64,000 bases of DNA from Candidatus Omnitrophota bacterium. GTDB lineage: Bacteria; Omnitrophota; Gorgyraeia; Gygaellales; Profunditerraquicolaceae. The stretch is taken from assembly GCA_028717245.1 (NCBI GenBank), contig JAQUOD010000003.1, positions 21,636-85,635 of the forward strand. Direction: 5' to 3'. Shown one piece after another: positions 1 to 7,953 of this stretch. The notes below the pieces were generated by a model that worked only from the letters and a program-made list of their open reading frames with translations, ran no database searches and was not told where the DNA came from. Made by a program: the position numbers and the translations under genes. How positions within the stretch are numbered: the first letter of the stretch is position 1; every line of letters begins with the position of its first letter.

Positions 1-1
1 T

Positions 2-349
2 GAATTCGGAGGGAATGACTTCTTAAGGAAGATACCTCAGGAAACCACCATAGTTAACGTCAGGGAAATGGTAGAAAAAATCCAGGCAGTAGGCGCTATG
101 GTAGCAGTAGTAGATATCAGCACCGGGCCTTTTCTTGCCGAGTACCGCAAAGGGTTTTCTAAGATATGCAAAGAAAAAGGCGCCATCTTTATCCCCGGCG
201 CCTTAAGCGGTATTATTACCAACCCGCGCTTAAAGAGCGATTTTATCCATCCTAATTGCGACGGATACAAGCTCATCGCCCAGCGCATCTACAAAGCCGT
301 AAGGCCTTATCTGAGTCAGAATAGCCTATTAAGGCAGGCGCAAAAATAA
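2..349 (+). CDS. SGNH/GDSL-family hydrolase, C-terminal part (5' end lies outside window)
   Basis: Frame is open from the window edge to the stop at 349. In-window translation begins EFGGNDFL (GxND block) and ends with a HPNCDGY block, which are typical SGNH hydrolase blocks III and V. Confidence 0.55.
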   Translation, partial: EFGGNDFLRKIPQETTIVNVREMVEKIQAVGAMVAVVDISTGPFLAEYRKGFSKICKEKGAIFIPGALSGIITNPRLKSDFIHPNCDGYKLIAQRIYKAVRPYLSQNSLLRQAQK

Positions 350-367
350 TAAATCCCAAAAATTAAA

Positions 368-450
368 TGCCGGAGAAGGGACTTGAACCCCCATGAGGTT
401 GCCCTCGGCAGCTTTTGAGGCTGCTGCGTCTGCCATTCCGCCACTCCGGC
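368..450 (-). tRNA. tRNA-Leu (anticodon CAA), type II tRNA with long variable arm, 83 nt, CCA not encoded
   Basis: Reverse complement folds as a cloverleaf: acceptor GCCGGAG/CTCCGGC, anticodon stem GCAGC/GCTGC with loop CTCAAAA (anticodon CAA), long variable arm, T-loop GGGGGTTCAAGTCCC. Confidence 0.85.
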
Positions 451-459
451 AATATTTAG

Positions 460-488
460 TTGACGCAAGCTATTTTATATTCTAAAAT
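460..488 (+). promoter_or_regulatory. Sigma70-like promoter for tRNA-Ala (TTGACG - 17 nt - TAAAAT) overlapping a 9-bp perfect palindrome GCTATTTTA...TAAAATAGC
   Basis: Hexamers and spacing read directly from sequence; sits 25 nt upstream of tRNA-Ala. Confidence 0.45.
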
Positions 489-2028
489 AGCACAGGTCAA
501 CAGAATAATTATGGGGCTGTAGCTCAGCTGGGAGAGCACTTGCATGGCATGCAAGGGGTCGAGGGTTCAAATCCCTCCAGCTCCACCAAGAGTGATAGGG
601 TGCTGCTTCAAGGAGAGGACGGAAGGTACCTTCCGTCGAAAAATTGAGGCGGCGCTCTTTTAAAATACAGTTCGAACCAATCTTTTTCAGAAATTCTTTC
701 TGGGATTCTAAATTTCCCCCTCGAATCGCATAACTTCCCTCATTCAAGGTAGTTACAAAGCGCCTGGCCTGTTCGAACCTATTATTACCCTCATCTGCAA
801 AATCTCCCGCTTTTTCCTGTAAATCTTTCTTTAAGCACACTAATTCATTCTTCTTAAGGTTATATTCTTCAAGAGACAGGGAGCCTTGTAGGTAGAGGTC
901 TATAAGCTTGCTTATCTTTGCGTCTATTTCGTTAATCTTAGCCTTGAGATTTTGCAGATGAGTATGTGATGATTGGCTGAAGCGTTCCTTATCTTTTTCA
1001 AGTTCCCTTAAAATATTCTCCAGCCAATCATCACGTAAAGAAACTTTTTGAATGTATTCCTGTATCTGATGCGCCAGCGCTTCCTCACGCACAAACTTTT
1101 GACTTGTGCCTTTGCAGGGAGTGAGTTTTCTGGTGCAGTGGTAATAATGATGGCCTTTCTGGATTTCTGCCGTAACCGTTGCACCGCAAACCCCGCAACG
1201 CATTAGTCCCTTAAAGACAAAATACTTTGTGTTTTTGCTTTGCGGTTTGCCGCGCTGGCGCATCACTATTTGCACTCGGTCAAAAAGTTTCTTGGTAATA
1301 ATGGGTTCATGCTTACCCTCAAAGTGTTCGCCCCAATAAGAGAGGAGTCCATAGTAGAAAGGATTAGTGAGTATCTGCTGGCACTTGCTTATTCTCAACT
1401 TATTTCCCATCTGGGTGGCAAAGCCGAGGGCGTTAATAGTATCGGTTAATCGCTCTAAGGTGTAGTTACCTGTTGCATATAACTCAAACATCTTTCTAAG
1501 TAATGGAGCCTTATTCTTATCTACTACAACTGTCCTTGTCTTAGTATCGTTCAAATAGCCGACTGGCGCGGGACCGGAATAGATACCGTTTCTGATCTTC
1601 TGCCTAATGCCTCGCTTAATATTCTCTGAAAGGTTATCCACATAGTATTTGCTTTGGCCAAAGGCAATAGAGAGCATAAACTTGCCTTGAGCGGTGTTAT
1701 CAAAACGGTAAGTGGGAAATTTTAAGTCCTTAATAACTTCCTTATCAACCAAATAGATTATTTTCCCGCCATCCATAGAATTCCGCGCCAGTCGGTCAGG
1801 ATGCCAAGAAAGTATGCCCTCGGCTTTGCCATGTTCAAGTAGAGAGATCATCTCATTGAATATAGGCCGGCCAGGCGCTTTAGCTGTTCGGGATTCGATA
1901 AACTCCCGGACAATCTCTAATCTTTCCTTCTTAGCGTACTCTAGCGTTTCAGTAATCTGAGCTTGAATAGAAAGAATTTGTCGGTCTTCTTCATCAGTGG
2001 ACTTACGGGCATAGAGAAAGTAACGCAT
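475..2028 (-). CDS. Large serine recombinase (resolvase/invertase N-terminal catalytic domain, recombinase domain, zinc ribbon, coiled coil); C-terminal ~65 aa are encoded by the inverted repeat and the antisense of tRNA-Ala
   Basis: N-terminus YARKSTDEEDRQ..SIQAQ is the serine-recombinase catalytic motif with the Ser nucleophile. CGVCG...HYYHC zinc ribbon and a long K/E-rich coiled coil follow. GGAGG-like RBS (ggaggtttttatgcgt) precedes the start. Confidence 0.85.
   Translation of the reverse strand: MRYFLYARKSTDEEDRQILSIQAQITETLEYAKKERLEIVREFIESRTAKAPGRPIFNEMISLLEHGKAEGILSWHPDRLARNSMDGGKIIYLVDKEVIKDLKFPTYRFDNTAQGKFMLSIAFGQSKYYVDNLSENIKRGIRQKIRNGIYSGPAPVGYLNDTKTRTVVVDKNKAPLLRKMFELYATGNYTLERLTDTINALGFATQMGNKLRISKCQQILTNPFYYGLLSYWGEHFEGKHEPIITKKLFDRVQIVMRQRGKPQSKNTKYFVFKGLMRCGVCGATVTAEIQKGHHYYHCTRKLTPCKGTSQKFVREEALAHQIQEYIQKVSLRDDWLENILRELEKDKERFSQSSHTHLQNLKAKINEIDAKISKLIDLYLQGSLSLEEYNLKKNELVCLKKDLQEKAGDFADEGNNRFEQARRFVTTLNEGSYAIRGGNLESQKEFLKKIGSNCILKERRLNFSTEGTFRPLLEAAPYHSWWSWRDLNPRPLACHASALPAELQPHNYSVDLCYFRI
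513..588 (+). tRNA. tRNA-Ala (anticodon GGC), 76 nt with encoded CCA
   Basis: GGGGCTGTAGCTCAGCTGGGAGAGC...GGTTCAAATCCC...CTCCACCA; anticodon stem CTTGC/GCAAG with loop ATGGCAT; G3:U70 alanine identity pair present. Confidence 0.9.
583..673. repeat. Left copy of perfect ~90-bp inverted repeat; its first 6 nt are the CCACCA 3' end of tRNA-Ala
   Basis: Reverse complement of 583-673 matches 2143-2232 base for base in manual comparison (possible 1-nt indel). Confidence 0.85.
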
Positions 2029-2068
2029 AAAAACCTCCTTGTAGGGGAAATTTAGAATCCAGCCATTT

Positions 2069-2096
2069 AATTTTGAGCTTCCGATTGCTCAAAATT
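2069..2096. promoter_or_regulatory. Perfect 10-bp-arm palindrome AATTTTGAGC-n8-GCTCAAAATT in the recombinase 5' region (candidate operator)
   Basis: Read directly from sequence; lies between the recombinase start (2028) and inverted repeat copy B. Confidence 0.4.
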
Positions 2097-2142
2097 AAAT
2101 GACAAAAAGATTGGTGAAACTTGTCCTTGGCGAAGCCAAGGA

Positions 2143-2232
2143 GAACTGTATTTTAAAAGAGCGCCGCCTCAATTTTTCGACGGAAGGTACCTTCCGTCCT
2201 CTCCTTGAAGCAGCACCCTATCACTCTTGGTG
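2143..2232. repeat. Right copy of the ~90-bp inverted repeat (reverse complement of 583-673); its end (cttggtgg) is an inverted copy of the tRNA 3' end
   Basis: Manual alignment; an additional shorter inverted pair exists at 705-721 / 2044-2060. Confidence 0.85.
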
Positions 2233-2643
2233 GTGCGTATTGGAGAAAGTTAGAACCTGCCTCCAACACTCGCAGTTAAAATAATTTTAATCTATGTCAA
2301 TGCTCCGCGCGCGGAGCGCGCTTCCGTATCTCCCGTGCACCGTTCGGCTTTGCTGGGGCAAAGCCTCACTTGGCGTTCGCTTGGCCGCTCACTTCTTGCT
2401 AATTTTTAAGCGTGTTCGGCTCGTCTTGCGGCTGGCGGCTGGGTGCGGGCAGCCGCCAGCCACTTGCGTCCAAATCAATTAGTTTATAAGAACGTTTTGT
2501 CCGCCTCCCGCCTTCAACACTCTAAAATACAGCTACGAGGCGGGATGCAAAGCCTCTCCCAAACAATGCTTGAGAAACGCAAGCAAAATTTTGGTGCGGG
2601 CAAAATTTTGCCAAAAGAAAACCGATATTTCAAGGAATGGAAA
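2225..2643. repeat. Left copy of ~418-bp GC-rich, hairpin-dense inverted repeat flanking the R-M island
   Basis: Reverse complement aligns with 8936-9352 over its full length with scattered substitutions. Contains the palindromes GCTCCGCGCGCGGAGC and GGCAAAATTTTGCC and 8-12 bp perfect hairpins. Confidence 0.8.
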
Positions 2644-2743
2644 TGCTATGAATTTGATTGCTATGTTGATTAAAAGTGTTAAAATAAGGCATAACAATAG
2701 TGTTTATAAAGTAGTAATATCATAGTAGCTATAATGTAGCATA

Positions 2744-2953
2744 TTGTCAAGCAAAATGTTCGATAAAAGATTAAAACAATTAAGAAAGAAAGCTGGCTGG
2801 TCTCAGCAGAGATTAGCAGAAAAGGCCGGTTTATCTTATAACGTTATAACTAAGATCGAGCAAGGAGCAGCTAAGAATCCAAATATTCAAACTATGATTA
2901 AACTCGCTAATGCTTTTCAGATTAGCTTAGATGATCTTGTGGGCAGAAAGTAA
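2744..2953 (+). CDS. XRE-family helix-turn-helix regulator, controller (C-protein)-like; TTG start at 2744 or ATG at 2756
   Basis: 69 aa; LKQLRKKAGWSQQRLAEKAGLSYNVITKIEQG is a classical HTH_3 motif. Lies at the head of the methyltransferase operon; TATAAT at 2730-2735. Confidence 0.75.
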   Translation: MSSKMFDKRLKQLRKKAGWSQQRLAEKAGLSYNVITKIEQGAAKNPNIQTMIKLANAFQISLDDLVGRK

Positions 2954-3045
2954 TTGACAAAAGTAAATTTCTATGGTAAGGTATATCCACAATCAGGTAA
3001 AAGTGGTATGTTCGAAGGGGGAACTGCCACGTTAAAATAATTAAA

Positions 3046-3074
3046 ACCTTCGCTCAAAAGCGAAGGTTTTTTGT
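3046..3074 (+). terminator. Rho-independent terminator (ACCTTCG-loop-CGAAGGT + TTTTTTG) placed between the regulator gene and the first methyltransferase gene
   Basis: 7-bp GC-containing stem followed by a T tract, 8 nt before the ATG at 3082. Preceded by TTGACA (2944-2949) with TGgTAAGGT as an extended -10. Confidence 0.5.
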
Positions 3075-3081
3075 TTATACT

Positions 3082-4152
3082 ATGCGCTATTACGGTTGTA
3101 AAAACAGACTTTTGGATTTTCTTGAAGAAGGAGTTGCAAAAACTGGCATTAACCATGGGTCCAGTTTTTGCGACTTATTCAGCGGGACTACTGTTGTCGC
3201 GCAGCATTTCAAAAGAAAAGGGTTTACTGTTTTTACAAATGATATTATGGAATTTTCATATGCTATTGCTAGAACATATATCAAAAATAATCAATATCCA
3301 TTTTTTAAAGGTTTAAAAGGCCAAGTTATTGGAGTTAATGGTTGTAGAGAAAATATTATAAGAGTAATCGAGCACCTAAATAGCCTTCCGCCATCAAAAG
3401 GCTTTATCTACAATAATTATTGTCCCTCCGGTTCAAAAAATGGACCACATCAAAGGCAATATTTTTCTGATGAAAATGGTAAGAAAATAGATGCGATTCG
3501 TTCTGTAATTCAAGTTTGGAAAGAAGCAGAACTAATAAGCCTTGATGAATTTTATATTCTTTTATCTTCCTTGTTAGAAGCTGTGCCTTTTGTAGCAAAT
3601 ATTTCCGGTAATTATGCGGCTTTTTTGAAGTGTTGGGATCCCAGGGCGTTGAAGCCTTTAAAATTAAGAGTGCCTGTAATACCGCCGAGCAAAAGAAAAA
3701 ATAAAGTGTTTAAAGGCGATGCTAATGAACTGATAAAAAAATTGTCGTGTGATATCCTTTATATGGATCCACCGTATAATGAAAGGCAGTATGCCCCAAA
3801 TTATTTTATGCTCGAACTAATCGCTGAAGGTTGGTTTAACGGCGATAAGCCTCAAATATATGGAAAAACTGGCATGAGGCCATATGAGAATCAGAAGTCT
3901 TCATATTGCCAAAAGGTGAATGTCAAAATTACTTTTAAGGATTTAATAGAAAATGCCGATACTAAATATATGCTTCTAAGCTATAACGATGAAGGGTTAA
4001 TGAACGAAGAGGAAATAGTTGATGTTTTGTCATCCAGAGGAAGAGTAAGGATTCTTGAGCGAGATCATCGCAGGTATAAAAGCATAAATCAGGCTGAAAC
4101 GGATAGGCGCATAGTCAAAGAAAAGTTATATTTTGTTAAGGTGGCGAGATAA
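3082..4152 (+). CDS. DNA adenine (N6) methyltransferase, D12/Dam-like class
   Basis: N-terminal MRYYGCKNRLL (D12-class AdoMet motif) and YMDPPYNE (DPPY catalytic motif IV) at about aa 228; 356 aa. Confidence 0.8.
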   Translation: MRYYGCKNRLLDFLEEGVAKTGINHGSSFCDLFSGTTVVAQHFKRKGFTVFTNDIMEFSYAIARTYIKNNQYPFFKGLKGQVIGVNGCRENIIRVIEHLNSLPPSKGFIYNNYCPSGSKNGPHQRQYFSDENGKKIDAIRSVIQVWKEAELISLDEFYILLSSLLEAVPFVANISGNYAAFLKCWDPRALKPLKLRVPVIPPSKRKNKVFKGDANELIKKLSCDILYMDPPYNERQYAPNYFMLELIAEGWFNGDKPQIYGKTGMRPYENQKSSYCQKVNVKITFKDLIENADTKYMLLSYNDEGLMNEEEIVDVLSSRGRVRILERDHRRYKSINQAETDRRIVKEKLYFVKVAR

Positions 4153-4961
4153 TGGCAGAAAAGTTGAATAAATTAAACGGTGGAACCTGGCTCCAATACT
4201 CTTTCAGTATTTGGCGAGATGTCCAAAAAAACCAGGAAGAATGGAAATTAAAGCATCCCGCCATGTTCCCGATAAAACTGGCAGAACGCTTAATTGAGAT
4301 ATACACAAATAAACCGAATCAAATAGTTCTAGACCCATTTATGGGTAGCGGTAGCGTAATGATTGCTGCTCAAGCTATGAAAATGAAAGGTGTTGGTTTT
4401 GAGATAAACAAGGAATATTGCGGCATGGCTAAAAAGAGGTTAGAAGAAACATACAAAAGCATGTTTAGTGAAGACAATTCTACAATTTACTGTGACTCGT
4501 CTTTAAATATTAAAAAATACTTGGCGTCTGATTTCGTGGATTTAACGGTTACTTCACCGCCCTATTGGGATATCCTAAATCGTAAAAGGACAGCAGACAA
4601 AAAAGAGATTCAAAATTATAGTGATTCTAAAGACGATTTCGGGAATATTCCAAGCTATGAAGATTTCTTAGCTTCATTACAAAAAGTTTTTAAGGAAGTC
4701 TATGATGTTACAAAGCCAAAGCGTTTTTGTATAGTAGTTGTGATGGATATTAGAAAAAATTCTACATTGTATCAGTTGCATTCGGATTTAACTAGGAAAA
4801 TGGAAGAAATAGGTTTTTGTTTAAATGATATTATTATTTGGGATAGACAAAAAGAATATAACAATATGCGTCCACTTGGATATCCGTATTCTTTTATCGT
4901 AAATAAAGTGCACGAATATATATTGATTTTTAAGAAACCAGACATCCAAAAGGAGAAATAA
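4152..4961 (+). CDS. DNA methyltransferase of the N4/N6 (PF01555-like) family, SPPY type (possibly N4-cytosine); motif order X-I-IV
   Basis: HPAMFPIKLAERLI...VLDPFMGSGS matches the conserved H-P-x-x-K/FP...LDPFxGSGT block of DpnA-like methyltransferases but sits at the N-terminus. TSPPYW catalytic motif at about aa 135. Start overlaps the upstream stop (translational coupling). Confidence 0.75.
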   Translation: MAEKLNKLNGGTWLQYSFSIWRDVQKNQEEWKLKHPAMFPIKLAERLIEIYTNKPNQIVLDPFMGSGSVMIAAQAMKMKGVGFEINKEYCGMAKKRLEETYKSMFSEDNSTIYCDSSLNIKKYLASDFVDLTVTSPPYWDILNRKRTADKKEIQNYSDSKDDFGNIPSYEDFLASLQKVFKEVYDVTKPKRFCIVVVMDIRKNSTLYQLHSDLTRKMEEIGFCLNDIIIWDRQKEYNNMRPLGYPYSFIVNKVHEYILIFKKPDIQKEK

Positions 4962-4965
4962 AACA

Positions 4966-5895
4966 ATGTCGACATTTTTAGACCCGGATATGGCTTATCT
5001 GCTAGGTTTAATTGTTGGAAGAGGAACGATGAGAGAGGTAAGCGGTATGAGGCAGCTGGTTATTGATTATCCGTTTCGGAGCTTGGAAGCAAAAGGGATC
5101 AAGAAATCATTTGATACCAAGGACAAGATATTATTAAGTTTAGATGATACTATAAATCGCCTTGGAGAATTAACAGAAGTTACACCAAAGAAGGTACAAT
5201 TAAAAAATTCCGTAAGCATAATCATTGAATCAACCAAAAATTCTTTGCTTTGGCGCAATATTAATAAATTGCTCCAAGGAAAAACAAGTTTTAGGGAAAT
5301 GGAAGTACCGGAAATTATCTTTGGAGCAGAAGAAGAAATAAAAAAAGAGTTCCTTAGAGGTATCGCTGATGTGACTGGCTCTATTGGTACTGGTGGGCGA
5401 GATCAAGCTGGTAGGCACAGGGTTTATATCTCGATTTTAAACGAAAACTGGAAATTACCGGTACAAATTTGTAACCTGCTCCAGAGTGAACCGTTAATAA
5501 TACCTGTGAATACTATAGACTGGGGCCATCCTAACATTCGAAATGGCCATGCCAAGGAATACCATGAAGGGCGAGAGCAAGCTTGGGCTAGAGAGCACCA
5601 ATTAAAGGTTTACGCTGAATATTTTGAGCCAGTGGGTTTCAGGATTATTCATAAAAATGAAATTCTGAAAGAATTAGCAGAATATAATAAATTATATTTC
5701 TCCGGTAGAAAAGCAAAGCTGTGCATGCCCGAAAGAAAGAGGCAGAGGCAAAGAGGTATTCACCCCGAAGAAAATTCTGATAAATTACCGCGAGAGTTGA
5801 AGGGTAAGCATTGCGATACTTATTGGCAGGTTTGTTTGGAGCTTGGCTGTAAACAATCCGACAAAGAGAAAACTCTTTTTCAAGAAAAGGAATAA
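4966..5895 (+). CDS. Hypothetical protein with two degenerate LAGLIDADG-like motifs (YLLGLIVGRGT, FLRGIADVTGS) ~120 aa apart plus a His/Cys-rich C-terminal domain; candidate specificity/endonuclease component of the R-M system
   Basis: The motifs keep the hydrophobic/glycine framework of LAGLIDADG but lack the catalytic acidic residue (R and T instead). The gene position directly after two methyltransferases is where Type II restriction genes normally sit. Confidence 0.35.
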   Translation: MSTFLDPDMAYLLGLIVGRGTMREVSGMRQLVIDYPFRSLEAKGIKKSFDTKDKILLSLDDTINRLGELTEVTPKKVQLKNSVSIIIESTKNSLLWRNINKLLQGKTSFREMEVPEIIFGAEEEIKKEFLRGIADVTGSIGTGGRDQAGRHRVYISILNENWKLPVQICNLLQSEPLIIPVNTIDWGHPNIRNGHAKEYHEGREQAWAREHQLKVYAEYFEPVGFRIIHKNEILKELAEYNKLYFSGRKAKLCMPERKRQRQRGIHPEENSDKLPRELKGKHCDTYWQVCLELGCKQSDKEKTLFQEKE

Positions 5896-6387
5896 ATGTA
5901 TTCATCAGAAAAGGAATTATACCCAGAGATAATAAAATGGCTCGAAAAGTATCTTGAAGGTAAGTATCCTAAAGCCGAAATAAAAGCTTACGATACTTCC
6001 CGGCAAGATTTATCAGAGTTTCTGAGGCACCATAAACTACATTCATTTTTTCCTGAGTTCGAAACATATGTTATTAAAATTGATATCACTGCTTCTATAA
6101 AACATAAAGATAAGTGCGATTTAGCTTTTGTCGAATGTAAGCTAAATTCCATCAATCTAAATGACATATCTCAGCTATTAGGTTACTCAAGGGTTGTTAG
6201 GCCTAGGCATTCCTTTATTATCTCTCCAAATACTATTAGCGCTCCCGTTAGTACCTTAATAAAAATATTTAAACGATATGATATTTTAGATTACGCGACG
6301 GGCGCTCGAATTAGAATCGCCCAGTGGAATAAAATAACTCAAGGAATAGATATTTCGACCTTATTGCCACCGGGTGAGCATTTATAA
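5896..6387 (+). CDS. Small PD-(D/E)xK nuclease-like protein (163 aa); candidate catalytic endonuclease subunit
   Basis: KIDITASIKHKDKCDLAFVECKL gives a D...(17 aa)...E-C-K arrangement, preceded by an N-terminal glutamate-containing helix. Start codon abuts the previous stop (aaggaataaATG). Confidence 0.45.
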   Translation: MYSSEKELYPEIIKWLEKYLEGKYPKAEIKAYDTSRQDLSEFLRHHKLHSFFPEFETYVIKIDITASIKHKDKCDLAFVECKLNSINLNDISQLLGYSRVVRPRHSFIISPNTISAPVSTLIKIFKRYDILDYATGARIRIAQWNKITQGIDISTLLPPGEHL

Positions 6388-6451
6388 ATTTCTAAGGATG
6401 CTTATTTTGGAAATGTTCCAATAACCGGAAACGGCCCGAAGGATTTAAGTC

Positions 6452-7882
6452 ATGGAACAACAAACAGAATTACAAGAGCTAAAACCTTGCCCTTCATGCG
6501 GAACTATGCTGCCGTATGACAAATGGCTTAAGGTAGTAGGTGTTTATGAAGAACAGCAAAAACACAGGAAACAGCTCGAGCAAGAACTTTCTAAAGCAAA
6601 AGAGCAAAGCCAAAAACTTAAAGAGGAATACAAAAACGTCAGAGAAAAAGAGAAACAATTAAAAAATCAATACTTGCAAAAAATAAAAGACAGTCGAGCA
6701 CAAGTTAAAGAAACACAAGGGAGATTAAAAAACAAAGAGCGTCTCTTAAAATCAGAACTTAAACAGAAATTTAACTTGCGAGAAGAAAAACTCCAATCTA
6801 GATTTGAAAAAGATAAACAAACAGCATTAAATCGGATCAGAAAAGAAGGGATAAGAATTGGCTCAGAAAAAGAGAAAATAAAAGCAGAAAAACTTAAAAA
6901 TGATATAGAGAAATTAAAAAAAGAACAAGTAGATGCTAAGGCAAAACTTAAAGAGAAATTTCAGAAAGAGCAAGAAAGAATTAAGCGTAAATTAGAAAGA
7001 GAAAAACATAAAGAACAGAAGCAGATTCGTCAAGATGGCATAAAGACGGGAATGGATAAACAAAGAGCGAGGACAGAGAAGGTAAGCCAAATGGCTGAGA
7101 AATATCGAAAAGCAAGAGATGAAGCAATTGAGAAAGCTAAGCAGCTTGAGGAAATGATAAAAAAAGGCACAACGCCACAGATAGAGGGTCTTGATTTTGA
7201 GCATGAGTTAGCTAATCAACTCAAACAGAAATTTCCAGAAGATGAAATAAAACCAACGGGACGAAAAGGTGATATTATTCAGACAGTGCAAGCGGAAAGC
7301 AAGAAGATCGGGAAGATTATTTATGAGTGTAAAAAGACCAAAGAATTTCAGAATCAATTCATAGAACAAATTCGACGCGATAAAGCTAGAGTAATTGCAG
7401 ACCATGGGATAATCGTTACTTGGGCTACCAAAGAAGACAGGCGGGGTTTTTGGGTCGAAGGCGATATAATTATAGTTCATCCCTATGGAGTTTTGGATAT
7501 GGCAACATTCCTTCGAGAAACATTACTACAGATGTATGCGCTTAAATTATCAAAGTCAGAATTTGAAACTAAAGGTAAGGCCATACTTGAATTTATGCAA
7601 TCCGAAGAATTTAGGACCCGAATTCAAGATTCTATTACGAAAAGTAAAGAAGCCTATGATATTTTGAAAAAGGAAGTCAAAACACATATGAATACTTGGA
7701 AAAAGAGATTCAAAATATACGAGGGAATCCATAGAAATACTAGCATTATTCAGAATACGGTTCGTTACGTGTTGCTTCACGGTAAAATTCCGGAGAAACT
7801 TCCTGAGGCAAAAGAACTCCCAGCTTTACCTCTATCAATGGAAACAACAGGAAATAAGTCCAGGCCTATTTTAGAGACATAA
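6452..7882 (+). CDS. Zinc-ribbon / long coiled-coil / C-terminal PD-(D/E)xK-like protein, resembles the DUF2130 family
   Basis: N-terminal CPSCG...Y, ~190 aa K/E-rich heptad-like region, then GDIIQTVQ...GKIIYECKK (D...E-x-K); 476 aa. Confidence 0.4.
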   Translation: MEQQTELQELKPCPSCGTMLPYDKWLKVVGVYEEQQKHRKQLEQELSKAKEQSQKLKEEYKNVREKEKQLKNQYLQKIKDSRAQVKETQGRLKNKERLLKSELKQKFNLREEKLQSRFEKDKQTALNRIRKEGIRIGSEKEKIKAEKLKNDIEKLKKEQVDAKAKLKEKFQKEQERIKRKLEREKHKEQKQIRQDGIKTGMDKQRARTEKVSQMAEKYRKARDEAIEKAKQLEEMIKKGTTPQIEGLDFEHELANQLKQKFPEDEIKPTGRKGDIIQTVQAESKKIGKIIYECKKTKEFQNQFIEQIRRDKARVIADHGIIVTWATKEDRRGFWVEGDIIIVHPYGVLDMATFLRETLLQMYALKLSKSEFETKGKAILEFMQSEEFRTRIQDSITKSKEAYDILKKEVKTHMNTWKKRFKIYEGIHRNTSIIQNTVRYVLLHGKIPEKLPEAKELPALPLSMETTGNKSRPILET

Positions 7883-7953
7883 ATGTCGATTTTCATTTTT
7901 TCTTTATAGCGGGAACTTGCTTTAAAGATAATTTCTCAATTCTTTTCATTCAT

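Noticed and set aside
1240-1449. ORF 1240-1449 (+) inside the recombinase gene
   Set aside because: It is antisense to a strongly supported serine recombinase CDS.
2225-2643. Known structured RNA classes (RNase P, tmRNA, SRP, 6S, group II intron domain V) for the 418-bp GC-rich element
   Set aside because: None of the hallmark conserved sequence blocks I can recall for these RNAs are present, and the element occurs as an inverted pair. It is treated as a novel repeat instead.
2099-2673. ORFs 2099-2284, 2294-2482, 2443-2673 (and 8803-9156, 9054-9284 on the other side) inside the inverted-repeat regions
   Set aside because: They lie entirely within the 90-bp and 418-bp repeats. ORF 2099-2284 is just the mirror-image translation of the recombinase tail through the inverted repeat. 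The GC-rich palindromic sequence gives Ala/Arg/Pro-rich junk translations with no RBS.
4966-5895. LAGLIDADG-like protein as an intein or free-standing homing endonuclease
   Set aside because: It is not inserted in a host gene and has no Hint/splicing blocks. Both catalytic acidic residues of the LAGLIDADG motifs are missing. Its operon position after two methyltransferases argues for an R-M role instead.
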